Assembly: GCA_044229975.1 (NCBI GenBank)
Contig: JBGARZ010000010.1
Location: forward strand, 96,001-160,000
From: Polyangiales bacterium
GTDB taxonomy: Bacteria; Myxococcota_A; Polyangia; Polyangiales; Ga0077539
Length of the DNA: 64,000 nt
Direction: 5' to 3'
Made by a program: the position numbers and the translations under genes. This document shows positions 55,820-64,000 of this stretch, piece after piece (position 1 is the stretch's first letter; each line of letters begins with the position of its first letter). The notes below the pieces were generated by a model, which saw only the letters and a list, made by a program, of their open reading frames with translations, made no database searches and had not been told where the DNA came from.

Positions 55820-56200
55820 ATGACATCAAAGGGAGTGGTCGATCGGGTGAAGGCCGCCGAGGTGCTGAGGGTCACCGCCGAGATGCACCTCGACACCATC
55901 GGCGATCGCATGACCGAGCTGTTGGAGCCGTTCGCGCGGCGCGGCGACCCGATCCCCGACCTGGGTGTGGCCGTGGCCCTCATGGGGCGTCGGTTGAAGT
56001 CCCTGGGCGAGGCCATGCTCGCCGCCGATCGCTCGCTGGCGATGGCCGAGAGCGGGTCGCGCGACGCCGAACGCATCCGCGCGAAGCGAGACGCCGCTGT
56101 CGCCGCCTACGACGCGGCCTTCGCAGACACCACCGTGCTGGTGACCACCCTGCTACACGTGGCCGGGGTCGAGCCGTCGGCCCACGCGCGGGCGTCGTAG
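55820..56200 (+). CDS. hypothetical helical protein
   Basis: 126-aa ORF with host-like codon bias; no assignable motif. Confidence 0.55.
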   Translation: MTSKGVVDRVKAAEVLRVTAEMHLDTIGDRMTELLEPFARRGDPIPDLGVAVALMGRRLKSLGEAMLAADRSLAMAESGSRDAERIRAKRDAAVAAYDAAFADTTVLVTTLLHVAGVEPSAHARAS

Positions 56201-56201
56201 C

Positions 56202-57968
56202 TCAGCCCCGTCGCCGTCGCCGCTTCGCCAGCGCCACCAGCGCGAGCCCGATGCCCCACGCTCCGCCGCGCGCGCCCGTCGCCGTGCCCGCCACGTCGCA
56301 GTCGCAGCCCGTCGGCGCCGGAGTCGTCGTCCCGCCGTCGGCCGTGCTCGCGTCCGTCACGACCACGCCTGCGTCCGCTCCTCCGTCACTCACGCCTGCA
56401 TCCGTCGTGGTGCCGCCCGTCACGGTCACCATGGTCGTCACCGACGCCATCTCGAAGGGAGCAGCCCGCGCCGTCGCGTTGAACAACCGCAGCAGCTCCG
56501 TCCCCCGGTTGTCCGTCCGGTTGGCCGCCGCGATGGTCTCCACGTAGTGCTTCGTCGTCGCCCGGTACAGCAGCCGCACCGTCACCGGAACCTGTCCCCC
56601 CGTCGCCGGCAACGGCACGTCGAACACCGCGTCGTCCCAGTGACGCAAGCTCCCACCCTCGCCGCCGGAGTAGTCGCGTCCCACGGGCGTCGTGCGCTCG
56701 TCGGGTCGCATCGCACGCGGCGGGATGCGCGTGTCGTTCATCACCACCGTGTGCTGCGCCACGAAGTCCGAGTGCACCGCGCGCCCGCCCTCGATGTGCC
56801 CCGGCTCGAACTCGTACACCCGCGCCTGCGCGTCGCGCACCAGCTCGTCGGCCACGTAGTCGCCGCTCACCACCTGCGAGCCCACCTGAACCTGTAGCCA
56901 CATGAGCCGCGCGTCTTCGTAGCCCGTCGGCAGCTTGTGCCCGGTGTTGTTGGTGACTCGCACCCGTAGCTGCACGGTCGACCCCGCCGCGCCCGTCGTC
57001 GGCGGCTCCGTCAACACCACCGTCGCCGCGGTGCGCAGCGACGCCTGCGTGCGGGTGCGCGCCCGGTCGAACTCCGCGTCGAGCTCGCCCGGAAAGGCCG
57101 CCCGCAGCAGGGACATGCCCCACTCGTTGGCGCCGAGGAAGTCGTGCCGACGCTGCCCCGGACGCAGCGGCGCGTTGGGGATGCGCGTCGACGGCAGCGG
57201 GTCACCGCCGACCTCGGGCATGTGGCAGTGCTGGCAGGTCTGCGGCTCGGTGCGCCGCGCGAAGTCGCTCTGCGCCCACTCGGAGTAGGTGCTCTGCAAC
57301 GGGAAGAACCGCCCCGTGTCCTGACCCGTCGCCGAGAGGCGATGGAGGGTCGGATGGTCGACGTCGTGGCACTGCCCGCACAGCCGCGGATCGCGGATGA
57401 AGGGCGAGCCCAGGGACGGGTGCCGCGGCGACGTGGCCGGGTCGTTGTTGGGGCCGTACCGCGTGGGGACCATGCCCTCGGGCGCGTCGCCGTACGTGAG
57501 CTGCGCGTTGGAGAGGAAGGGCGAACCCGTGTCCGCGGGGTTGATCACCGAACGGTGACAGGTGTCGCAATTGACGCCGTCGGTGTCGCCGAGCACGGGG
57601 TCGAGGTTGGTGCCGAAGCCGTTGGCCGCGCGGCCGCTCGTGAAGCCCGACGGGCTGTGGCAGCGGAAGCAGAAGGTTCCGGCCGAGGGGAGCTGCTGCT
57701 CGGCGACGGTGAGGGTGGCGAGGAAGAGCGGGTCGCGCGAGGCGTTGGCCATCATCGACGGGGCCCACGCGTCGCCGGGCATGTACGTGTCGCCCGCGGC
57801 GGTGGTCTCGCCCGCGTGGCACTCGGTGCACCGGCTCGACGGCTGGAGCGGCGACACGAGCTGCCCCGGCTGCGTGCCGTGCGGCTGGGCCCACGCCGAC
57901 GACGCGAGCAGTGAAACGACCGACGCGGCCGTCGCCGCGAGTGACCCACGAAGACCTCGTCGAAGCAT
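56202..57968 (-). CDS. pentaheme c-type cytochrome with MYXO-CTERM anchor
   Basis: CTECH, CFRCH, CDTCH, CGQCH, CQHCH; GHKLPTG domain; GCDCDV, TM, KRRRRRG. Confidence 0.9.
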   Translation of the reverse strand: MLRRGLRGSLAATAASVVSLLASSAWAQPHGTQPGQLVSPLQPSSRCTECHAGETTAAGDTYMPGDAWAPSMMANASRDPLFLATLTVAEQQLPSAGTFCFRCHSPSGFTSGRAANGFGTNLDPVLGDTDGVNCDTCHRSVINPADTGSPFLSNAQLTYGDAPEGMVPTRYGPNNDPATSPRHPSLGSPFIRDPRLCGQCHDVDHPTLHRLSATGQDTGRFFPLQSTYSEWAQSDFARRTEPQTCQHCHMPEVGGDPLPSTRIPNAPLRPGQRRHDFLGANEWGMSLLRAAFPGELDAEFDRARTRTQASLRTAATVVLTEPPTTGAAGSTVQLRVRVTNNTGHKLPTGYEDARLMWLQVQVGSQVVSGDYVADELVRDAQARVYEFEPGHIEGGRAVHSDFVAQHTVVMNDTRIPPRAMRPDERTTPVGRDYSGGEGGSLRHWDDAVFDVPLPATGGQVPVTVRLLYRATTKHYVETIAAANRTDNRGTELLRLFNATARAAPFEMASVTTMVTVTGGTTTDAGVSDGGADAGVVVTDASTADGGTTTPAPTGCDCDVAGTATGARGGAWGIGLALVALAKRRRRRG

Positions 57969-58059
57969 GATCGCGCCATCATATCCGTCCGCGCCCCGTT
58001 GGCCACGCGCGACGCGATGCCCGCAGACGAGGGCGATGGGGTACAAGCGAGGTCTCCCC

Positions 58060-58635
58060 ATGTTGTACGAGACCTATTCGCGCATCGCGGTCGGCGCGGT
58101 GCTGGAGCCCGACGCCACGCACGAGCTCACCCGCTCGTTTCACGTCTCGCTGGGGCTCGAACCCGACGCGACCCTCGCCGAGGTGCACGCGGCGCTGCTC
58201 GACGCGGCCCCCAAGCACAAGAAGCTGGTGCTGCCGCGCATCCGCTACGAGCTGGCGTTTGAGCGCTACGTCGACGAGCGCTGGGACATCGACTGCGCCA
58301 TCGGCGGCGTCACCGACGGCGGCGTCGACGGGACGCGCGGGTATGTCTTTGTCGGCGTTCGCATCGAGCAGTGGGAGGCCATCGAGACCGAGGAGCAGCC
58401 GCACCTCGCGGGCCGTCCGCGCGTGCTCAAGAAGGGTGACCTCTCGGCGGGGTCGGACTTCTCCAAGCAGATCGGCGACGAGCACAAGAAGCCCATCGAC
58501 CACGCGGCGCGGATGTTCCAACGGGCGCGCAAGGACATCGACCTCGACGCGGGCCGTCGGCTGCGGACGCTGCCTACGCGCGAGCGCGACGTGTACTGGG
58601 CGCTGGTGCGCTGGCTCGTCCCGCGAGCGGGTTGA
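58060..58635 (+). CDS. hypothetical protein
   Basis: GAGG RBS, strong GC3 bias, fills the gap between neighbours. Confidence 0.7.
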   Translation: MLYETYSRIAVGAVLEPDATHELTRSFHVSLGLEPDATLAEVHAALLDAAPKHKKLVLPRIRYELAFERYVDERWDIDCAIGGVTDGGVDGTRGYVFVGVRIEQWEAIETEEQPHLAGRPRVLKKGDLSAGSDFSKQIGDEHKKPIDHAARMFQRARKDIDLDAGRRLRTLPTRERDVYWALVRWLVPRAG

Positions 58636-58707
58636 GGCGGAGCTCCCGCCGCCGCAAGTAGGCGAAATCGTGCCACGGCCGGGGCACTCGGCTACGGTGA
58701 CCGATTG

Positions 58708-60927
58708 ATGGCCTCGGCGCCCCAACAGCAGCTCTTCGCGGACGGCGCGCGCCTCGGTCGGTACCTCATCGAGCGGCGCATCGCCTCTGGCGGCATGGCC
58801 GACGTGTACCTCGCGAAGCAGGTCGGCGAGTTCGGCTTCACGAAGACCGTCGCCCTCAAGGTGCTCAAGACCGAGGTCTCCGGCGACGACGACAACGTGC
58901 GGATGTTCCTCCGCGAGGCGCTGGTGGCGGCGGAGTTCAACCACCCCAACCTGGTGCCCGTGTACGAGGTGGGGCGCGAGGGCGATCGGCTCTTCCTCGC
59001 CATGGAGCTCGTGCGCGGCATCTCCGTCGCCACGCTGATGCTCCTGCTCGCCAAGAAGGGGCGGTCCATTCCCATTCCCCTCGCGGTGCGCATCGCTCGC
59101 GACGTGCTCGACGGGCTCGCGTACGCCCACGAGGCGAGGGGCGCCGACGGCAGCGCGCTCGACATCATCCACCGCGACGTCACCCCGCAAAACATCCTCA
59201 TCGCCGAGGACGGCGTCGTGAAGCTGGTGGACTTCGGCATCGCGCGCGCCGAGACCGCCCTCGGCCGCACGCAGGTCGCCAAGGTGAAGGGGAAGTTCAG
59301 CTACATGTCCCCGGAGCAGTGGGAGCCCTCGGGGCACGTCCTCGACGCGCGCGCCGACCTCTTCTCGCTGGGCGTCTCGCTCTACGAGATGTCCACCGGG
59401 AGCGGCCGGCTCTTCAAGGGCAGCGCCGCCCCCGACCTCTACAAGGCCGTCGTGCGCGACCCCATCCTGCCGCCGTCGTCGCGCGTCGCGGACTACCCCG
59501 ACGACCTCTCCTCCGTCGTGATGACCGCGCTCGAACGCGACGTCACGAAGCGCTGGCCGAGCGCCCGCTCGATGAGCGCCGCGCTCGACGGCGTGATGGC
59601 CGCCCACGACTGGAGCGTCGAGCCCGCCGTCCTCTCGAAGCTGTTGGAGTTCGCCCTCGACGGTCAGTCCATCGAGTCACGCTGGGAGCGCGTCGACTCG
59701 GGCGACGTGCCGCAGCTCGATCACGACACGCCCACCATGGTCGACGGCGCCGGCGCCGGACCGCTGCGTCCGGTGTCGGTGTTTCCGAGGGCGATGGAGG
59801 TGCTGCGGGCGCGCACGCCGGTGCCGGTCCCGGCCGTGGTGATGGGCTCGCTGCCGCCGCAGGCCGTCGAGCCCGCCTACGAGCTCGGCGCCCCGAAGAA
59901 CACCCCCGCCGCCGAGCCCGTCGCAGCGCCTCCGGCGTCGTCGCGCGCGATACGCCGCGCCGTGCTCGCCGTGGCCGTCGCAGGGTGGGCCACCGCGGCC
60001 ATCACCGGCACCCTCTGGCTCTCCGAGAGCCGCCGCGCCGCCTCGCTCGAACGCCGTCTCGCCCTGCGCAACATCGTCGCGGTCGCCACGCCGCCGACGG
60101 TGCCGCCGACCGCGTCGACCGTGGTGGTTCCGCTGCCCACGGACGCCGGGTCGACGAGCGCCGCACCCTCTTCGCAGGTCGATGCCAACACGCTCACGGT
60201 CGTCGCCGACCCCTCGCTCGCGACCACGCTCGCGACGGCGTGGGCGCGGGCCTTCGCGCAGGGTCCGGGCGGCACGCGCGTGGCCCTCACGCCGGGCGAC
60301 GCGCGCGCCTCGATGGCGGCGGGGCGCTCGATGGTGGGGTTGTTCGTGGCGGCGGGGACCGAGCCGCGCGCGGCCACCGAGCGCGTGGTGGGCTACGAGG
60401 CGACGGCCGTGGTGGTGCACCCGTCGAGCCTGGTGCGAGGCATCACCGTGGCGCAGCTCGCCGATCTCTTCGCCGGGCGCATCACGACGTGGCGCGCGCT
60501 GCGCGGGGCCGACGCGGCGCCGCGGCTGGTGGTCTCTCCGACGGGCGCGGCTCCGCACGCGGCGCTGCGCTCGCTGGTGCTGGCGCGCGCCACGCCGTCG
60601 CTCGCGCTCGCGCCGACGGCGGACATGCTCGACGACGACGCGGCGGCCGTGCGCGCCGTGGCGGCCGACCCGACGGCGGTGGCGGTGGTGGCGCTGGGCG
60701 CGGTGACGCCGGGGGTGCGCGCGCTGGGCCTGACGAGCGGGCGGCTCCCGCCGGTGGGGCCGACCGCGGTCGCGGTGCGAACGCTGCGCTACCCGCTGGT
60801 GCAGGCGGTGGTGCTCGCGCGCAACGGGGCGCACCCGCCGACGCGGGCGATGGAGGGGTTCATCGCGATGACGACGAGCGCGGAGGGGCAGCGGGTGCTC
60901 ACGCGCGCGGGCTACGTCGGGCGGTAG
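58708..60927 (+). CDS. membrane Ser/Thr kinase with extracytoplasmic PstS/PBP-like domain
   Basis: ASGGMA, VALK, HRDVTPQN, DFG, YMSPEQ; TM; AVVVHPS...QLADLFAGRITTW...YPL. Confidence 0.9.
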   Translation: MASAPQQQLFADGARLGRYLIERRIASGGMADVYLAKQVGEFGFTKTVALKVLKTEVSGDDDNVRMFLREALVAAEFNHPNLVPVYEVGREGDRLFLAMELVRGISVATLMLLLAKKGRSIPIPLAVRIARDVLDGLAYAHEARGADGSALDIIHRDVTPQNILIAEDGVVKLVDFGIARAETALGRTQVAKVKGKFSYMSPEQWEPSGHVLDARADLFSLGVSLYEMSTGSGRLFKGSAAPDLYKAVVRDPILPPSSRVADYPDDLSSVVMTALERDVTKRWPSARSMSAALDGVMAAHDWSVEPAVLSKLLEFALDGQSIESRWERVDSGDVPQLDHDTPTMVDGAGAGPLRPVSVFPRAMEVLRARTPVPVPAVVMGSLPPQAVEPAYELGAPKNTPAAEPVAAPPASSRAIRRAVLAVAVAGWATAAITGTLWLSESRRAASLERRLALRNIVAVATPPTVPPTASTVVVPLPTDAGSTSAAPSSQVDANTLTVVADPSLATTLATAWARAFAQGPGGTRVALTPGDARASMAAGRSMVGLFVAAGTEPRAATERVVGYEATAVVVHPSSLVRGITVAQLADLFAGRITTWRALRGADAAPRLVVSPTGAAPHAALRSLVLARATPSLALAPTADMLDDDAAAVRAVAADPTAVAVVALGAVTPGVRALGLTSGRLPPVGPTAVAVRTLRYPLVQAVVLARNGAHPPTRAMEGFIAMTTSAEGQRVLTRAGYVGR

Positions 60928-60930
60928 GCG

Positions 60931-62073
60931 TCAGGTGCCCGTCTCGGCCGGGTGCTGCTGATCGAGCATCACCTCGATGTCGTGCAGCGCTCGCACGATG
61001 GACGCCTTGCCCGCCTTGGCGCCGTACGCGAGCGGCACCGTCGCGTGGCGCGCGGCGTCGACCACGGGCGCGAAGTGCCGGTGCCCGATGAGCTCCTCCA
61101 GCACCACCACGGCGCCCACGCGGCCGTCGCGCACCCGGCGCTCCAGCGAGGCGATGCCCTGGGCGTTGCCGTTGTCCGTGGCGATCCACTCCACCTCGCC
61201 GCCGAGGTGCTTCTTCAACCGATCGAGCTTCTCCTGCTTCACCACGCCGCCGAGCAGCACCACCGGCTTCTCGGCGCTCAGCGCCAGCAGCCGAGGCATC
61301 TCCGGCCACTGCGCCGCCTCGTCCTCCTCGGGCGCCGCGACCGCTGCGCGCACCGCCTCCGGGATCACCATGCGCGTCGACACCCCGCGCGGCCCCGCCT
61401 GGTGCTGCTCGCGCTCGCGCTTCGCCCGCTCGGCGCGCGCCGCCCAGTCGCCGTGGTGGTTGCGCGCGAGCCCGAAGATGTCCCGCGTGTTGCGCTGAAA
61501 CGCCTTCGCCGTCAACACCCGGAACATCCGCGTCAACAGCTCGGCGCCATCACTGAGCCCTCTCGCCTGGAGGCCACGCGCCCGACAGGCGAACTCCTCC
61601 GCCCACGGCTTGAACGTCCCGTCGGCCAGGTTGTCGAAGTCCAGCGCCTGAAACTCGCGGAAGAGCGCCTCGACCTCCGGGTCGGTCTCGATGCGTCGGG
61701 GCGGCGGTGCGGGCACGGGCACCCGCGTCTCATCGTGGTGTGCGTCGTCGTCGCGGTGCTCGTCGGCCTCGGCCACCGCGCGCAGTCGCATCTCGGTCGC
61801 GGCCGCGGTCACCGGCTCGGTGCGAACCCGCGCCTCGGGCAGCGACTCCACCAGCGAGCGCAGGGTGAGCATCGCCTTCACCGCGCTCGACGACCGCTGC
61901 GTCTCCACCCCGAGCTTCACCGCGACGTCGGACACCAGGTCGGCTTCGATGGCTCTCAGGTAATCGTCGGCCGCTATCTTGATGCGCGCGACGCGGTCTT
62001 CGGAGTCCTGCCTCCGGGTTGTCAGTTGCGCGCGTAGCTTCTCCAGAAGGTCATCCACGGTATGCGTCATCAT
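60931..62073 (-). CDS. hypothetical protein with C-terminal DUF2325-like domain
   Basis: VVLLGG...VVVLEELIGH...A....VP pattern at the C-terminus; helical N-terminus. Confidence 0.65.
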   Translation of the reverse strand: MMTHTVDDLLEKLRAQLTTRRQDSEDRVARIKIAADDYLRAIEADLVSDVAVKLGVETQRSSSAVKAMLTLRSLVESLPEARVRTEPVTAAATEMRLRAVAEADEHRDDDAHHDETRVPVPAPPPRRIETDPEVEALFREFQALDFDNLADGTFKPWAEEFACRARGLQARGLSDGAELLTRMFRVLTAKAFQRNTRDIFGLARNHHGDWAARAERAKREREQHQAGPRGVSTRMVIPEAVRAAVAAPEEDEAAQWPEMPRLLALSAEKPVVLLGGVVKQEKLDRLKKHLGGEVEWIATDNGNAQGIASLERRVRDGRVGAVVVLEELIGHRHFAPVVDAARHATVPLAYGAKAGKASIVRALHDIEVMLDQQHPAETGT

Positions 62074-62181
62074 GGTTTGCACCCTAGCAGCATCGTCGCC
62101 GCCCGCTCGCGGTAGGACTTTGCCCACCCTGACGCCGCTCGACACCCACGGGCCGCTTGCACCATCATCCCGCGTCGCACC

Positions 62182-64000
62182 ATGCGACCGACCCTGCTCG
62201 CCTCCATCGGCCTGACGACCCTCCTCGCTGCCTGCGGCTCCGACCCGCCCGCCGCAACCCCCGTCGACGCGGGCACGGACGTCCCGGCGGTGGATGTCCC
62301 GGCCATCGATGTTCAGACCGTGGATGTGCCGGCGAGGGACGTGTCGCGGGTGTCTGCGGACGTCGCGCCGCCTACCGAGTGCAACGACGTGGAGATCGAA
62401 GAACTCTCCGCGCTCGGTGAGCTCGAAGGCGAGGTGACCCGCTACACGGGCAACAACCGCGAGGCCCGCAACAGCGCCACCGTGGGCATCCAGGTGCCCG
62501 CCTCCTTCGCGGCCCAGTGCAACTACCGAACGACCTACCAGCGCGTGTTCCGCTACGTGATGCGCCGCGCGGGCTCGTTGCGCATCAGCACCGCCAACGC
62601 GGGCACCGCGACCACCTTCGACAGCACCCTCGTCGCCGTCGCGATGCGCACCTGCGTCTCCGCGCCGCGTGACCTCTTCTGCAACGACGACGACCCCACG
62701 GCCACCGCCGCGAGCCGCAACCGCTTCGCCTCGCGCCTCGGGACGGCGGTGTTTCCCGCCGGGGCCACGGTGCTCATCGGCGTCGGCGGCCTGGCCGTCA
62801 CCACGCCCGTCGCGGGTCGCTCGGCGCTCGGGACCTTCGAGCTCTCCGTGGAAGAGCTCCCTGCCGTCGCCGAGGGCGGACGCTGTGATCGCCGACTGCT
62901 CGTGGGCGCTTGCGCCGCGGGGCTCAACTGCGTCGGCACGTCACCCGGCGCGGCCGAGGGGACGTGTCGCCGCGAGGGCAGCGTCCCGGGCGCGGCGTGC
63001 GCCAGCGAGAGCTGCGCGGCGGGCCTCACGTGCGACGCCACGACGAACACCTGCTTCCGCACGGTGGCGGTCGACATGCCCTGCGAGGCCACCGCGGGCG
63101 CGTGGAACCGCTGCAACCCCGACGCCTCCTGCGTCGCCCAGCCCGGCGGCGTCGGCCTCTGCCGCGCGCGCGGCACCGTCGCCAACTCGGCCTGCGCGCC
63201 CGGCAACCGTTGCACGGGCGAGGGCCTCGCCTGCGACGTGAGCACCGCGACGTGTCGGGTGACGGTGGCGCGCGACGGCGACTGCAACCTCACGGACTCG
63301 CTGTGCCCGACGGGGCAGGTCTGCCACTTCCTTCACGGGGCGCAGTCGGTGGGTCGCTGCGCCAACGCGGCCTCGCTCCCTGGCATGACCTGCTCGGGAA
63401 CGTGCGCGGCGGGCCTCACCTGCAACACCGGCGTGAGCCCCGCGCGCTGCTTCGGCGCGGCGGTGGCAGAGAACGAGGTGTGCACGGCGTTTGTCCCGTG
63501 CGCGACGGGCAACGTGTGCTTCCTCACCGACCCGACCGATCGGACGCGCGGTCGCTGCTACGCCGACGGCGGGAGCGGCGGTCGCTGCCGCGCGACGGGG
63601 GCACCCTGCAACACGGGCCTCGCGTGCACGAGCACCACTCCGGCCTCGGGGCGCTGCGTGCGGGTGGCGACCTCGGGCGAGACCTGCGAGCTCTACTCGG
63701 CGGGCATCATCTGTGGCACCGGAACGGTCTGCGCCCGCACCGAGGGTGCCGAGCTGGTGGGCACGTGCGTCGCCGAAGGGACGGTCGCGGGCGCAGCCTG
63801 CCGCACCACGGGGACACGCTGCGACGGAACGCTCCGCTGCACGACGGCGACGGGCGCCGGGGTCTGCCAGGCCGACGGGGCGATGGGGGTGTGTGATCCG
63901 CGGACGCTGGCGCTGGGCTGCGCGACGGGGCAGGTCTGCCACGCGACGGGCTTCAACACGGGGCGCTGCGCGACGACGACGGCGGAGGTCGAGCCCAACG
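62182..64000 (+). CDS. Cys-rich lipoprotein with PPC-like domain, truncated by the window end (absent from the ORF track)
   Basis: MRPTLLASIGLTTLLAAC lipobox; FDSTL...CNDD; many C..GL.C repeats; reads to ...EVEPN at the window edge. Confidence 0.85.
   Translation, partial: MRPTLLASIGLTTLLAACGSDPPAATPVDAGTDVPAVDVPAIDVQTVDVPARDVSRVSADVAPPTECNDVEIEELSALGELEGEVTRYTGNNREARNSATVGIQVPASFAAQCNYRTTYQRVFRYVMRRAGSLRISTANAGTATTFDSTLVAVAMRTCVSAPRDLFCNDDDPTATAASRNRFASRLGTAVFPAGATVLIGVGGLAVTTPVAGRSALGTFELSVEELPAVAEGGRCDRRLLVGACAAGLNCVGTSPGAAEGTCRREGSVPGAACASESCAAGLTCDATTNTCFRTVAVDMPCEATAGAWNRCNPDASCVAQPGGVGLCRARGTVANSACAPGNRCTGEGLACDVSTATCRVTVARDGDCNLTDSLCPTGQVCHFLHGAQSVGRCANAASLPGMTCSGTCAAGLTCNTGVSPARCFGAAVAENEVCTAFVPCATGNVCFLTDPTDRTRGRCYADGGSGGRCRATGAPCNTGLACTSTTPASGRCVRVATSGETCELYSAGIICGTGTVCARTEGAELVGTCVAEGTVAGAACRTTGTRCDGTLRCTTATGAGVCQADGAMGVCDPRTLALGCATGQVCHATGFNTGRCATTTAEVEPN

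Noticed and set aside
55820..56200. Possible internally deleted member of a longer myxobacterial helical protein family
   Set aside because: Rests on vague recollection only and cannot be supported without an alignment.
58708..59300. Pseudokinase call because of HRDVTPQN
   Set aside because: HRDV(S/T)PxN is a common myxobacterial kinase variant; VALK, the catalytic Asp and DFG are intact.

Overview
Very GC-rich DNA with gene content typical of Myxococcota (Polyangiales-like): MYXO-CTERM proteins, Cys-rich lipoproteins, three Hanks-type kinases and an ECF sigma cassette. About 47 CDS are supported; no rRNA, tRNA, CRISPR array, transposase, integrase or reverse transcriptase was seen. Main blocks: (1) surface and signalling genes at 0.7-13.5 kb; (2) a partial type VI secretion cluster (tssE divergent from tssJKLM-tagF-tssABC, then a ClpB-like ATPase with a degenerate first nucleotide-binding domain), with hcp, vgrG, tssF, tssG and PAAR absent from the window; (3) an FGE-fold/TauE fusion followed by a radical SAM enzyme; (4) an ECF sigma/anti-sigma cassette; (5) housekeeping genes (RluA-family synthase, era, der); (6) a Septu-like ABC-ATPase/HNH pair in a 2.2-kb islet bounded by a 35-bp duplication of the 3' end of a nitroreductase gene; (7) a MYXO-CTERM pentaheme cytochrome and a kinase fused to a PstS-like domain. 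The most striking non-coding signal is four intergenic palindromes (arms of 92, 92, 148 and 27 bp). Two belong to one family with compensatory changes, and two lie inside duplications of a gene's stop-codon region, which suggests a palindrome-associated element inserting at gene 3' ends. All protein family calls come from motif recognition by eye, not database searches.
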